Positions 14,112-28,409 of a stretch of DNA of 64,000 bases are shown in pieces. Origin of the DNA: Antedon mediterranea (taxonomy: Eukaryota; Animalia; Echinodermata); NCBI RefSeq assembly GCF_964355755.1, contig NC_092673.1:7068001-7132000 (forward strand). The letters run 5' to 3'. Each line of letters starts with the position of its first letter. Positions within the stretch are counted from its first letter, which is position 1. The translations under genes were made by a program, and so were the position numbers. The notes under the pieces were generated by a model. The model had not been told where the DNA came from, did no database searches, and saw only the letters and a program-made list of their open reading frames with translations.

Positions 14112-15596
14112 AGGCTGGTTTCCTGTCGACGTAAGAAGTCGAATTTTGCAACGATTCTTGCGTTTCATACGTTTCTTACGTCTCTTACGAAAGTTGAGAA
14201 AAAATTGACGTCGTTGACGTTAGTCAAGATCGTGTCGGGCCGCAGAAAAACATCTGTAGTTATGCTGCTCCCGAAAGTTGAAATTTTAGCTGTGAAACAC
14301 ACGTCGTATGCTTACGTCGATTTTAGTGTTGTTACGAAAGTTGAAATTTTTTTCTTACGTCGGTCAGATTTATGACGTATTTGAAACAACATCTCTGATT
14401 GGTGTTTCTTTTTAGAGCGGGTTTTATCATTTTTCGCGCGAAATGTTGAATGATGTTATTGTACCTGTAGCTACTCAGCATCAGTGTCAGTGCAACTCAG
14501 CATCAGTGTCAGTGCAGCACACCAACATATTATTTTTAGTAGATAGGCTAGGCCCTAGTATTAGTAATAATACTTAATTAATACTGTACTAATAGGAATT
14601 GATTTGACCAAAATCTAATCAAACTAGCCTATAAGGAGCCTAGGCTAGTAGGCCTATGTATTATTGTATGAATCAAAATATGAATGAATTATACTGGCCC
14701 TTTAGGCCTAGCCTTAAATAGTTTTCAAAATTAAAAAAAGGCAAATCATTTCGGGATTCCTATTATTATTAGACCTACCTAGGCCCTAGGCTAGGCCTTG
14801 GCCTATGGGCCCAGGCATACTCTAATCGAGCATGAGATAGTACTACCGCAGTAAGATATCCATTATTTACAGGCCTATAATAAGAATAAATTTAACAAAA
14901 CAATATAAATTATACAAAATCAAGCAAACAATTTTTTTTAAAAGTTACATAATAATATTATATTGCTTACAAAGGGGCTTTCTATATCTTATCTTGTTGC
15001 AAATGTTCATTTTCGTGACGTTTCTACCGATGCTGATTGTTTATTGCACGTCCATAAATAAGAGTATTAGATTTTGATATGAGCTGTAAACTCCCTGATT
15101 AGAACATTATTAGGCCTATATTGAAACTACTGTGCATTTGTAAAGTATGTACAACATCGTAAAGTGGGCTAAAATTATAGTAGTAAATACATACAAATGT
15201 TATTGTCCGGCTTTATTTCACTATAAGGACATACACATTACGTCATAACTCTTGTCGCTCATTGGTTGCTTGTTACGATTGCGCTTACGTCTCTTGCGAA
15301 AGTTGACTTCAAGTCAACTTTCGTAAGAGACGTAAGAAACGTGACGCAAGGGCGTTCATTCAAGCGTAAGATCAAAAATCCCGGTTTCCTGTAAAATCGG
15401 AAGAAAACGTCGTAACGCAATAATTGTTAGGTCATCGGTTTCCTGTAAAATCGTTTGTCGTTACCATTTTTCTTACGTTGCGTCGATTTTGTAAATTTTC
15501 GATCGTAATCGGTTTCCTGTAAAATCCGCATTTCTTACGACAAATCGACGTAGTCGCAACAAAAGTGATGTTCTTACGTCGACAGGAAACCAGCCT
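14112..15596. mobile_element. PIF/Harbinger non-autonomous element, TAA TSD
   Basis: TAA|AGGCTGGTTTCCTGTCGACGTAAGAA ... TTCTTACGTCGACAGGAAACCAGCCT|TAA; subterminal ggtttcctgtaaaatc repeats. Confidence 0.88.
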
Positions 15597-15979
15597 TAAG
15601 TTTACAGGGATTGTCAGAAATGTGTATCTTTTTCCATAAAGAATGAGGGTAAATATATTCAGGTTGTACGCTAATGTAAATGTAATCAGGTTGCCTGGGT
15701 TTCAAGATTGTTCTACCTACACAGCTCAGATGCATTAATTTTAAAAGTTTATTTTAATGTGTTCGATAATTGAGGTTCATCCAAACCGTGGTCTTTGTTT
15801 TAATTACAGTGGTGGGAATGTTTAACTGGAGGAAGCAGCTATTAAATGATATAAGAAAGATTATCCGGGGCCGCATTTAATTGGAGAGAGATTATAATAT
15901 AATAACAAATATTATTTGGTTTTAAATAATGTTCTCGTCTACCTTTATGTTCATTTTTTTTTATATGTCTAAGAATATT

Positions 15980-16375
15980 TGTTCTTCCATTACTTCACGG
16001 CAGTATAAAAACCTCCTCCTCACATCATTTTACTTTTATAACTTCCTCGTGTGGATACATCTTCTACATATTCACGGAATGTCTTGATTGACTTCGCCGG
16101 TACTCGTATCCATGTCGAACAGATATAAGGACCAAGATTGACGCTAATTGTCTAATGGATGTCCATCTTGAAAAATACCTGCACACAATAATACGAGGAT
16201 GCTTCGCATTTTCCCTACTCCTACGATAATTGTTTTTAATAGCTGAAAACCAGTTAAATAGAGTACAGAATCATAATGCCGATTTTCTTTAAAAAAATAC
16301 TATTTTGATATAATTTAATATACCTTTATACAAATGTTTTGATTTGCGATAAATGGAACATTCCAATCTCTGTTT
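15980..16375 (-). mobile_element. Degraded dispersed repeat, possibly RTE-like LINE C-terminus
   Basis: Close copy at ~43840-44080. The frameshifted minus-strand translation gives ...VRHG/IRVPAKSIKTFREYVED, weakly RTE-like. Confidence 0.35.
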
Positions 16376-17407
16376 TCCACAAGTGTCTATTCCCTCAGCC
16401 ATCGTAAAGGTAAGTACACTCAGAAATTCGATCCCTTTTTTTGCCATCTGTGCTGCAGAGGTTAGATATAGGTCATTTATTCAAACGGATAATGAGCTAG
16501 CGTTTTCAGTCGCCGTCTATATTATGTGCAATCAACTTTATTATTGCAGTTACACATCTACCTACACAACCACCCCTCCTCCCCTCAATGGCATGAGTTA
16601 GCGTTGTAAAGCAAGTATAGGATAGGCCTACAGTACGAAGGATCACATGCCCTAAACGCAGAACAACTTTGGTATGTAGGAACCAACTTAAATATGAATT
16701 GGCTCTAAGAAACAATTGAAAACCATTTAGGTCTACTAATTAAGTTGAGTTACATAATTATTTATTGACGATTAAAGCGAATTTACGTTTTGCCCCGAAT
16801 AGAGGTGGTTTTCACAAATTGTTTTACATTATATAAACATATACAAATAAACTTTATTACTGACAGTTTTTTTGTTTTTTTTTTTCATTTATTTGGCATC
16901 TCAATACATAACATTAAATAAACATCAATAATATATATAATCACCTTAAATATTAAAATACATCAAAAAAGCAAATAAAAATGGCGGGATTAATGAAGTC
17001 TAACGATGCACGGGAAAACACATAAAGTTGTTTAAAGTAAAACAACTTAATTCCAATGTGGTCCCTAAAAAGATAGTAATTATAATTTTAACAAAACAAA
17101 CATTATAAGACGGCTTCTTAACGTTTTTATTAATTAATACTGTAATTACAAATAAATAATATAAACGTCGTAGTGATGTATCGTTACATGTACTTTACTA
17201 TTTCAATCGACTATGGTGACAGCGTCAACAAAGTATTAAATCGCACTGTTTTACTGTTTTAAGTGGTATATTATTTGTAAAACATGAAAACAATTAATAT
17301 TTCGTTACTTAAATGGATAAAAATATGTTTAAAAATTGTTCCTCTTTGCACCCATCCTCTTCCACATTCCTCAACCCTAAGAAAGTTTTAGCGTACGACG
17401 CAAAAAA

Positions 17408-17700
17408 ATGGAAAGATATACTAGGAGTTTCAATCTAAGATTTGGAGGCATCCTAGAAAAGGGAGGAGAATATCAAATTTAATAGATAAGGAACTTGACT
17501 TAGCAGGCGTTACCATAGAAAACGCACAAAGACGGGTAGGCCTAAAACCAGATTGCTAACAACAGTACCCAGACACATAATAGCGAAATTTCTATACAGG
17601 CCGCAAAGGTTCTCTATCCTATTAAAGGCTAAAAAAAAAAAGAAAAAAAGCTTTTATGTCATGGAAGACCTACCCCTATCTGATGTGAAAAAAAAACATC
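17408..17700 (+). mobile_element. Degraded LINE ORF1 (RRM-type, L1/CR1-like) fragment
   Basis: MERYTRSFNLRFGGILE / VTIENAQR / PRHIIAKFLYRPQRFSILLKAK...FYVMEDLP, with frameshifts. Confidence 0.65.
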
Positions 17701-18151
17701 ATCAGTCCTAATGACGTAATCAGAATGTAATTTGAATAACTCTTCAAGTATTTATCGCGCATTGACACGTAGGCCTATATAACCGTATATTCTATTTTTA
17801 GAAGGCCTAGTAGACGTGTGCATAAACGAAAACCCTGGTTATATTGGACCATCATGGACCTGATTATTTGGCGGAGCAAAGAAGCAAAGAAGCAAAGAAA
17901 TTGACTATTTATTTATTTATTTATAAGACTTATCTTGTATTGAACTTGCATATCATTTTCTTTATTCATATTTTTATTAATTTTGTATATTTATTTATTA
18001 ATTTTTTCATTTTTCTTATTATTATTATAACATCGTTTTAAAATTTAAATGTCAGTAAAATCATGAAAATGATCACCTATAATTCGTCAAAGTGACGATT
18101 TAGATTTATTAAAACTTTATTAAAGTATCATAACATCTCTCTTTAATATAG

Positions 18152-18323
18152 ACATTCGCTCAATTTCACTGGAGACGGTTAATCGAAAGATTTACTATAT
18201 CAGTAATGTGGAAGCATCACTTATGAGGGCAAACTTAGACGGCTCAAGTGGTGAAACAATTAAGGCGTCTATTGCAACACCAACGTCCCAGACCAGAGGT
18301 TTAGTCGTCAGTGTGGAACATGA
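18152..18323 (+). CDS. Paralogue 2 exon 3: propeller blade 3
   Basis: DIRSISLETVNRKIYYISNVEASLMRANLDGSSGETI...TRGLVVSVEH; tag| acceptor, ga|gtaatt donor; phase 1-2. Confidence 0.85.
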
Positions 18324-18350
18324 GTAATTATATACTGAAATATTTTATCT

Positions 18351-18503
18351 AAAGCACTCTCTATACACTATAAAACTGTATGTGACAAAAACGTGTGATG
18401 TGCCCAAATAATTTGGTAGTGATATGCCCAAATATGGTAGTAATATGACACCATCATGTCCATATGTGGGCACATACACTTTGATAGTGTAGACAGAGCT
18501 TTA
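18351..18503. mobile_element. MITE family (aaagc...ctacactatcaaa / ttgatagtgtagacagagcttt)
   Basis: Terminal inverted repeats; further copies at 49318-49487 and, partially, 46950-47050. Confidence 0.7.
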
Positions 18504-19018
18504 TCCAATATGTAATTTAATTCAAGCAGAATGAGTAGCCGAATGGTACATGTATCACATATGACGCTGTATTATAGGCAACATCGCCTGACGACCGTTG
18601 TAACCGTAGCGTGTATATGCGCCACATGACACATGTTATACTGTACTATACAATTTTCCTATTACTAAACATATATTGCCATGTGGAGACAGTACAGCAG
18701 GGAATCAAGTGATAGGCTAAGCGATCTTTTTTTTCTTTGTACATAACACACAGTGGTAAGCAAATACATAACATTACAGTGATTGCATTGCTTTTGGGAC
18801 GACGGGACATAAATCCGTTATTCCCGTGTATTGTACATACAGTGTACCTAAACTTGGGGGACTTATCAGAGAGAACATGGGATCGTCTCTTTCGATCTTC
18901 TATTGTCGGTTTGCAGTTAAGCATGTATACGAATATAAACAATTTTACCTTTACTCCTCTTTTGTTATAATTAATCAAGAAAAGAATGATATATTTTATA
19001 TGTTTCTACTTTTTCCAG

Positions 19019-19134
19019 CCTGTGCTTTTATGGAAAAAGACAAAAAGTCATCCGTTTTCAGTTGTCTTCACCGGACAATGAATTACAGTACACCACGACA
19101 GACTGGGTTACTGCTGTCGCTGTCGATTTTACAG
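19019..19134 (+). CDS. Paralogue 2 exon 4: propeller blade 4
   Basis: ttttccag| DLCFYGKRQKVIRFQLSSPDNELQYTTTDWVTAVAVDFT g|gtttca. Its phase 2-1 exactly bridges exons 3 and 5. Confidence 0.8.
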
Positions 19135-19231
19135 GTTTCATGTTTTTTTTTTACTTTGAAAGGAAAGAGTATACAGTTAATTGAAATCAGCTAAATTTGA
19201 ACACAAAACTATTGGGAATGTTTGACATTAA

Positions 19232-19372
19232 AGCTTGGTTCCCACTAGGACGCAGCGCAAGGACGAATGCTGCAACGCAAGCAAATTAAACAATAACAAG
19301 CGATGGATTACTCGAACTACGCTTGTGATTGGTCAATTCACACTTGCGTTGCGTCCTAGTGGGAACCAGGAC
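19232..19372. mobile_element. Small Harbinger-like MITE
   Basis: tggttcccactaggacgcagcgcaag ... cttgcgttgcgtcctagtgggaacca. Confidence 0.7.
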
Positions 19373-19876
19373 ATAACGTAGCGAAAAAACACACAGCGAA
19401 AGTGTTATTGGTCAATATGACTGTGTAAAATGTAATTATTGACTTTAAAACACGGTCAATAAAGATTTGTCAATTGTTTTATTAATAATCAGATATTGTT
19501 TTATTATCAGGATTATTTTTCAAGCAATTTTAAAAATAAAGAAAACTATATTTCTCGTTGGTTTTTCCAGATGGGTATTTTTTATTAGTCCCTTTCTTTT
19601 GGACACACCTATTCAGAGTACACCTCCATTAAGGAAACATTTCCAACAAAACGAGGGGAAATATATGTTTCAACACTACGGTGACACCCCTATTAAGGGA
19701 TGGGAGTGTGCGTTGATCCAACACCATAACAATCAACAAATTATTTTATTTATATCGTTATTAATACAAAAATAGAAATTATATCATGGTAATAATTATG
19801 ATACTTATTTTGGGTCCCAAAGCAGTCCACAATACTTATGATGTGAATTCATATCCGGATTTATCTTTCTTCTAAG

Positions 19877-20125
19877 CTGAAAAGGTTTATTGGAGCGACA
19901 AAGGGCAAAGTCATATAATGATAGCGGCTCTGGATTTTACAAATGTTCAACAATTTGTGAAATTTCCACCATGTGGAGTAGCTCGAGATATAACTCTTTA
20001 TGCAAATAGTGTCTATTGGATATGCAGAAATGACGGTCTTTATCGAGTCGATAAAGAAACGGGGAACAATATTGAGACACTCAGTGATACATTCGTTAAT
20101 CCATTTGGAATGTTCATATATGACG
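19877..20125 (+). CDS. Paralogue 2 exon 5: propeller blades 5-6 and closure
   Basis: AEKVYWSDKGQSHIMIAALDFT...RDITLYANSVYWICRNDGLYRVDKETG...NPFGMFIYD g|gtaagc; YWSD/YW motifs of LDLR class B repeats. Confidence 0.88.
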
Positions 20126-20961
20126 GTAAGCCATTATATTATTTTACGTAAAAAAACGATCATATATATCAGAGTTCTAGATTCACCAAGTACATTGTAA
20201 CTAATCACAACATGTGCACAAATGTGTTATTTTTACGAAAATTATGCCACTTAAACTAGACTAAAGGCCAATTTACATAGACTAGTGGTAACATGTGTAA
20301 CTGCTCACGATCGAGTGGTCATTACGAGAATTGGTCGATTATGAGAAGCGGTCCCGTTAGAGAGAGGTGTTCTTTCATTTAAGAAATTTGATCACTGAGG
20401 GTGGTCTCGTACGATGGAAAGTGGTCACTTTGGGAGGTAGTTTCTTACAAGATGGCCGCTTTTAGGAACACGGTCTCTTACTTAGAGGTGCATAGACTGA
20501 GAGCTAAGTAAAGAGATGCATTTGAATATATTTAAATAAAAAGACTCTAAAAAAATAACTCTACGTCTTCTGGCGATAGTAACTACATTAGCTTGTGAGG
20601 CAATTGTCGTTACTATATTAGCTTTCGACCGTGCTATGTTAGCCGATGTTGATTTTAACAAGAACTCTTAAGACTATATTAGGCAATACTCGTTTGTGTT
20701 CACATATTTTTGACTTGAATTTGTAGAAATTATATCTTTATTACTATCTAATCTGTCCCTACTCAAAACCTAAATTTGTTAGGTGCTTATCGTTATTATA
20801 ATTGTAAAGAAGAAGGGAGAATAAACAACCGACACTCGCGAAATTGCCTAAACGTGAAGTATTGACAAGACTGTTCGCATAAAAATATGTATTTCGAGTA
20901 TATTACATTGGCATTGCATATATGATTAACATGTTCAAAAAACTATTTTTCAATCCAACAG

Positions 20962-21006
20962 ATCCATTGTGGGATACAATCGAACTTATGTGTACAACAA
21001 TTGCAG
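20962..21006 (+). CDS. Paralogue 2 exon 6: 45-nt linker
   Basis: cag|ATCCATTG...GCAG|gttaga gives DPLWDTIELMCTTIA; phase 1-1, so it could be skipped. Confidence 0.6.
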
Positions 21007-21209
21007 GTTAGACTTCCATTTTGATAAGCAAATATAATTGAAAAATAAAGTAAAGCTACTGCTTTAAAGTGTTTATGAACATTATGTGATATTAGAAACT
21101 ATGTATATACAACATTAATGCTAAAGAATATGCCTAATGAAACAAACAAACAAACTGATTTTTTAAACATCATTCTACTAACGAACTTCACAATTTCTTT
21201 TTACTGTAG

Positions 21210-24200
21210 TAACAAGAGATGTAACCACTGACATAACAACAGATGCAACAACAGACACAACAACATATGCAACAACGGACATAACAACAGATGCAACAAC
21301 GGAAACAACAACAGATGCAACAGCGGACATAACAACAGATGGAACAACAGATGCAACAACGGACATAAAAACGGATGGAACAACAGACACAACAACAGAT
21401 GGAACAACAGATGCAACAGCGGACACAACAACAGGTGGAACAACAGCCACAACAACGGACACAACAACAGATGCAACAACGGCCATAACAACTGATGCAA
21501 CAACGGACACAACAACAGATGCAACGATGGACACAACAACAGATGCAACGACGGGCATAACAACAGATGCAACAATGGACACAACAACAGATGCAACAAC
21601 GGACATAAAAACAGATGCAACAACGGACACAACAACAGATGCAACAACGGAAACAACAACAGATGCAACAGCGGACATAACAACAGATGGAACAACAGAT
21701 GCAACAACGGACATAAAAACGGATGGAACAACAGACACAACAACAGATGGAACAACAGATGCAACAACGGACACAACTACAGGTGGAACAACAGCCACAA
21801 CAACGGACACAACAACAGATGCAACAACGGCCATAACAACTGATGCAACAACGGACACAACAACAGATGCAACAACGGGCATAACAACAGATGCAACAAT
21901 GGACACAACAACAGATGCAACAACGGACACAAAAACCGATGCAACAACGGAAACAACAGACACAACAACCGATGCAAAAACGGGCATAACAACAGATGCA
22001 AAAACGGACATAAAAACAGATGCAACAACGGACACAAAAGACACAACAACCGATGCAACAATGGACACAACTACAGATGCAACAACGGACATAACTTATG
22101 CAACAACGGACACAACAACAGATGCAACAACGGACACAACAACCGATGCAACAACGGACACAACCACAGGTGCAACAACGGCCATAACAACTTATGCAAC
22201 AACAGACATAACAACAGATGCAACAACGGAAACAACAACAGATGCAACAGCGGACACAACAACAGATGCAACAACGGCCATAACAACTGATGCAACAACG
22301 GACACAACAACAGATGCAACAACGGGCATAACAACAGATGCAACAATGGACACAACAACAGATGCAACAACGGACATAAAAACAGATGCAACAACGGACA
22401 CAACAGACACAACAACCGATGCAAAAATGGACACAACTACAGATGCAAAAACGGGCATAACAACAGATGTAACAACGGACACAACAACAGACACAGCAAT
22501 AGATGCAACAACGGACATAACAACAGATGCAACAACGGACACAACAACAGATACAACAACTGAAACAACAACCGATGCAACAACAGACACAACAACCGAT
22601 GCAACAACGGACTTAACAACATATGCAACAACAGACACAACAGATGCAACAACGGACACAATAACAGACACAACAACCAATGCAACAGCAGAAACAACAA
22701 CCGATGCAACAACGGACATATCAACAGATACAACAACGGACATAACAGATGCAACAACGGACACAATAATAGACACAACAACAGATGCAAAAACGGACAA
22801 AACAACAGATGCAACAACGGACATAACTTATGCAACAACGGACACAACAACAGATGCAACAACGGACACAACAACCGATGCAACAACGGACACAACTACA
22901 GGTGCAACAACGGCCATAACAACTGATGCAACAACGGACACAACAACAGATGCAACAACGGACACAACAACAGACACAACAACCGATGCAACTATGGACA
23001 AAACTAGAGATGCAAAAACGGCCATAACAACTGATGCAACAACGGACACCACAACAGATGCAACAACGGACATAACAACAGATGCAACAACGGACTCAAC
23101 AACAGATGCAACAACGGGCATAACAACAGATGCAACAACAGACACTACAATAGATGCAACAACGGACTTAACAACAGATACAACAACGGACACAACAACA
23201 GATGCAACAACGGACATAACAACAGATGCAACAACGGACACAACAACAGATGCAACAACGGACACAACAACAGATGCAACAACGGACATAACAGATGCAA
23301 CAACGGACACAACAACAGATGCAACAACGGACACAACAACAGACACAACAATAGATGCAACAACGGACATAACAACAGATGCAACAATGGACACAACAGA
23401 CACAACAACCGATGCAACATTGGACAAAACTACAGAGGCAAAAACGGACACAACAACAGATGCAACAACGGCCATAACAACTGATGCAACAACGGACACA
23501 GAAACAGATGCAACAACGGACATAACAACAGATGCAACAACGGACACAACAACAGATGCCACAACGGACACAACAACAGATACAACAACGAAAACAACAA
23601 CAGATACAACAACGGAAACAGCAACCGATGCAACAACAGACACAACAACCGATGCAACAACGGACACAACTACAGATGCAACAACCGACATAGCAGACAA
23701 AACAGCCGACGCAACAACAGCCACAACCACCGATGCAACAACGGACACAACAACAGATACAACAACGGACATAACAACGGAAACAACAATAGGTGTAACA
23801 ACATACGCAACAACAGATAAAACAACGAACACAACAACATATGTAACAACGGACACAACAACAGATGCAACAACGGACATAACAACAGCTGATGTAACAA
23901 CAGCTGATGCAACAACAGATGCAACAACGGACACAACAACAGATGCAATAACGGACATAACAACAGATGCAACGACGTACATAACAACAGATGCAACAAC
24001 GGACACAACAACAAATGCAACATCAGACATAACAACAGATGCAACAATGGACACAACAACAGATGCAACAACGGACATAAAAACAGATGCAACAACGGAC
24101 ACAACAGACACAACAACCGATGCAACAATGGACACAACTACAGATGCAAAAACGGGCATAACAACAGATGTAACAACGGACACAACAACAGACACAGCAA

Positions 24201-25382
24201 TAGATGCAACAACGGACATAACAACAGCTGATGTAACAACAGCTGATGCAACAACAGATGCAACAACGGACACAACAACAGATGCAACAACGGACATAAC
24301 AACAGATGCAACGACGTACATAACAACAGATGCAACAACGGACACAACAACAGATGCAACAACGGACATAACAACAGATACAACAATGGACACAACAGAT
24401 GCAACAACGGACATAACAACATATGCAACAACGGACATAACAACATATGGACCAACGGAAACAACAACAGACACAACAACGGACATAACAACATATGCAA
24501 CAACGGACATAACAACATATGCAACAACGGAAACAACAACAGACATAACAACAGATGCAACAACGGACACAACAACAGATGCAACGGACACAACAACAGA
24601 TGCAACAACGGACATAGCAACATATGCAACAACGGATATAGCAACATATGTAACAACGGACATAACAGACACAACAACGGACATAACAACATATGCAACA
24701 ACGGACATAACAACATATGCAACAACGGACATAACAACAGATGCAACAACGGACATAACAACAGATGCAACGACGGACATACCAACCGATGCAACATTGG
24801 ACAAAACTACAGAGCCAAAAACGGACACAACAACAGATGCAACAACGGCCATAACAACAGACGCAACAACGGACACAACAACAGACGCAACAACGGACAC
24901 AACAACTGATGCAACAACGGACATAATAATAACGGATGCAACAGCGGACAAAACTACAGATGCAACAACGGACAAAACAACAGATGCAACAACGGACACA
25001 ACAACTGATGCAACAACGGATACAACAACAGACACAACAATAGATGCAACAACGTACACAACAATAGATGCAACAACGGACATAACAACAGATGCAACAA
25101 CGGACACAACAACTGATGCAACAACGGACACAACAACAGACACAACAATAGATGCAACAACGTACACAACAATAGATGCAACAACGTACACAACAATAGA
25201 TGCAACAACGGAAATAACAACAGATGCAACAACGGACACAACAACTGATGCAACAACGGACATAACAACAGATGTAACAACGGACACAACAACAAATGCA
25301 ACATCAGACACAACAACAGATGCAACAACGGAAACAACAACAGATGCAACAACGGACACAACAATAAACACGATCAATCAAG
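21210..25382 (+). CDS. Paralogue 2 exon 7: 4173-nt Thr/Asp repeat exon
   Basis: Acceptor tttctttttactgtag|, stop-free TTDA/TTDT/TTDI frame, donor g|gtaagc. Confidence 0.88.
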
Positions 25383-26373
25383 GTAAGCAGTCTGGATTTT
25401 ACATTATCTTAATGCTCGAACCTAATTACTCTACTGTAAATCTAAGTCACGTAATGAATTCATTTTACAGATTCAACAACAAAAAAACGAGGCTGTGTAG
25501 CAACAACAATTGGTAATGCATGTTTTATATGCAAATTAATAGGGTTGTTCGGGAAATTACAACCGCACAAATCATTCAAATCAAAGCCTTCATCATTTTA
25601 TCTTCATCATCATTCTGATATTCATTCACTTGTATTTATTCGTCAATTTACACATTCGTTATTAAAGTATTTTACTTGTTTTGTTTTGTAATTGTATGTA
25701 GATATTATGTGTTTGTTTGTACGCACGTAAACCTCTACAATTTTAAAGTCATCGTCACGATTTTTTGTGGCAAATAATTATGTATATACCAACGCATCAT
25801 TCCGGAAAATCGATATATTGGTGACGTCACAAAAACTCTAGTTACCATTATCTTTATTTATGGGCCAAATAGTGAATAGCACGCCCTCTCCATTTCCAAA
25901 TGCTTAATTTATTCATCAATTCATTACGAAACCTATCAATTCTTTCTTTCGTACGTTAATCCAATACGACATTCATTCATATCCAAATATCTCAAATAGC
26001 GCATTAGGTTAAATTGGCAATACTAATCGATCTAAAAAGGTGTTGGTGCACAAAAAAACCAATAAAACCAGTACAAGATATTGTCATTGTTAAATTAGCT
26101 TTCCGTCTGGTACTTTATTTACTATTTTCAAAGGGTATCTCAGGCTTTAACATTTCCATTGTTTATTATAAAGGCATTTGCAACAACATTGATAATTATT
26201 ATTATATAATAAACAATATAAATATGTTACACTAGAGGAGCTACCCTTTAAGTCTTTGGGTACTGATATTATGTATCCACATCACTAAACCAGTCATGTC
26301 AACTGACAAAGCTATCTATATGATTGTCAGTCAGGTTTAGTGATTTAAAATGTCACATTTGTTTTTAATTTAG

Positions 26374-26630
26374 CTGTACGGGGCTACTTTAGAAAGGTCA
26401 GCGTGAATGGACAAGACGTTTGCCTGTTGGATCAAACCCTTTCTAGCAGAAACGTTAGTAGCGTTATAGACTGTACACTTGTGTGTCTGTCCCATTCATT
26501 CTGTAATGGCTTTGTTGTCAGCAATCACCCATACATAATATGTTCATTACTGGACAGGACATTTATTCGAAGAAAAGTAATTTCTATAAATTGTACTACT
26601 TATAAAAAGTATTTGAATGTATCAAAGTGA
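26374..26630 (+). CDS. Paralogue 2 exon 8: PAN/Apple-like terminal exon
   Basis: AVRGYFRKVSVNGQDVC...DCTLVCLSHSFCNGF...ICSLL...NCTTYKKYLNVSK*. Confidence 0.82.
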
Positions 26631-26689
26631 ATATCAGGTTTTTTGACTTTGACTATTGAAACAAATACAGTTCGAGAAAAGTTACCATA

Positions 26690-27185
26690 CTGGGATCAGA
26701 ATAAGAATGTACTCCTCTGGATCATGGAGTGCCGCAGGGATCGACTGTAAGTCCATCATTGTTCACGGCATATACTAAACCAATCTCTGACATAATGCAA
26801 TCACATCGTGTATCATACCATCTATACGCGGATGATACCCAGATGTATGTCAGTTTTAATCCCAGAAAACCATGTGATTTGAACGCAGCAGTAAGCAGGC
26901 TGAATAAATGTATTGACGATGTAAGGAAAGGGATGTGTGTTAACAAGCTAAAATTAAATGACTTTAAAACTGAATTAGTAATATTATGTCCACCGAGGTG
27001 TAAGTTTGATAGGACAAATATTGAATTTAGGGTGGGTGAACTCATTATAAATTCCAACAAATCTGCTCGCAATCTCGGGGTTGTATTTGATGAAGGACTT
27101 AATATGACTGCCCATGTTAGTTCAATCTGCCGTAGTGTTAACTTAACTGTCTTCGAGGACTAGGAAAAATTCGCAAATATATACT
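26690..27185 (+). mobile_element. L2/CR1-group LINE reverse transcriptase fragment
   Basis: HGVPQGSTVSPSLFTAY...HLYADDTQMY...LKLNDFKTE...ARNLGVVFD. Confidence 0.88.
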
Positions 27186-27524
27186 TAACATCATGTTCAA
27201 GTTCAAGTTATCTTTTAGCAATGGAGTGGGGTTGATTATGTGTACCGAGGATTGGGGATGGAAGATCAGATGATGGAAACATGGTTCCTCTACACACAGA
27301 CTTAAAGCCAGAACCTGAGTATCTCCTTGAAGCATTCAGGGGTAACTAGAACTACATGTGGTGAATGCAATGGCATTGCACTGTACTAATACCCGAACAA
27401 GAAAGTGATACTGATGACATATTTGTGAGTCCTTTTCTATTTGAAGGATTAAACAATATCATCCCACACGGAGCAATTCAAATAATAATAATTCAAGTAC
27501 AATATAACAAGAGTCAAAGTTCAA

Positions 27525-28284
27525 GAATTTAAGAGTCGAATGGCAACTGGCAAAAACGAATTTCTTTTCCAGTTTGTTCTACATGCCGGGCATTGAAAGC
27601 GACGCCCATGAGGCATGAGCTCGAAATCACTGAACAAGGCATGGTTAACATTTTTTAGAATAGCTATACTTTTTTCTAGAGTTTGCATGTCACAGAAGGA
27701 AGATAAGCTACGAAGTTGACAACCTATTAATTTAGAACTTAAGTTAACAATTCTTTGTAGTGAGTTTCTTTCTTTGACCCTAAGACCAAAAAACCAGCAT
27801 ATAAAGGAAAAAAGTTAAAACGTTCTCAATAAAGGAATTATAAAAAACCATGAGAATTACTTTATCGACATTAAAATGGTTCAGCTTCCTTAACAGATAA
27901 AGTCTCTGGTGTCCTCTCTTTACTATTGCCTCTGTATTTAATTCCCAGCTGAGATTGTTCTCAAATATAGTACCTAGGTATTTAAAGGAATGGACAATAT
28001 CGCTGGTTCGTCATTTGTGAGGGATACCAGAGGGATGCGTCCTTTCTCCTTCCTAAAATCTACAATTATCTCCTTGGTTTTGGTCACATTGAGTTTCAAG
28101 TAGGAGTTTCCACAAAATTGGATAAAACCATCTAATGCGGAACCATGACCGTCCTGTGAAGTTTGAAGGAGAGACAGCAAGACAGTGTCGTCAGCAAATT
28201 TGAAAAGATGACTATTGTCCTGTTTGCTCCGACAGTCATCCGTGTATATAATATACAGGAGAGGAGAGAAGACGCAACCCTGCG
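27525..28284 (-). mobile_element. 5'-truncated Rex1/Babar-like RT fragment (different family from 4901-8060)
   Basis: QGCVFSPLLYIIYTDDC...FKFADDTVLLSLL...LNVTKTKEIIVDFRK...YLGTIF...QRLYLLRKL...RNSFLPVAIRLLN, with frameshifts. Confidence 0.85.
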
Positions 28285-28409
28285 AAGATCAATTACTTGT
28301 CATTACGTACATTCGTTGATACTAAAATTATCAACAATCTATCTATAGTAAATCAAATTATCAAGACTCATTAATTAATCAACAATAGTACATACCGCTA
28401 ATGAATTTC

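Noticed and set aside
21210-25382. Ice-binding (TxT) or antifreeze glycoprotein function for the stalk
   Set aside because: Periodicity is 4/8 residues with Asp, not AAT tripeptides or beta-solenoid TxT spacing; nothing else in the sequence supports it.
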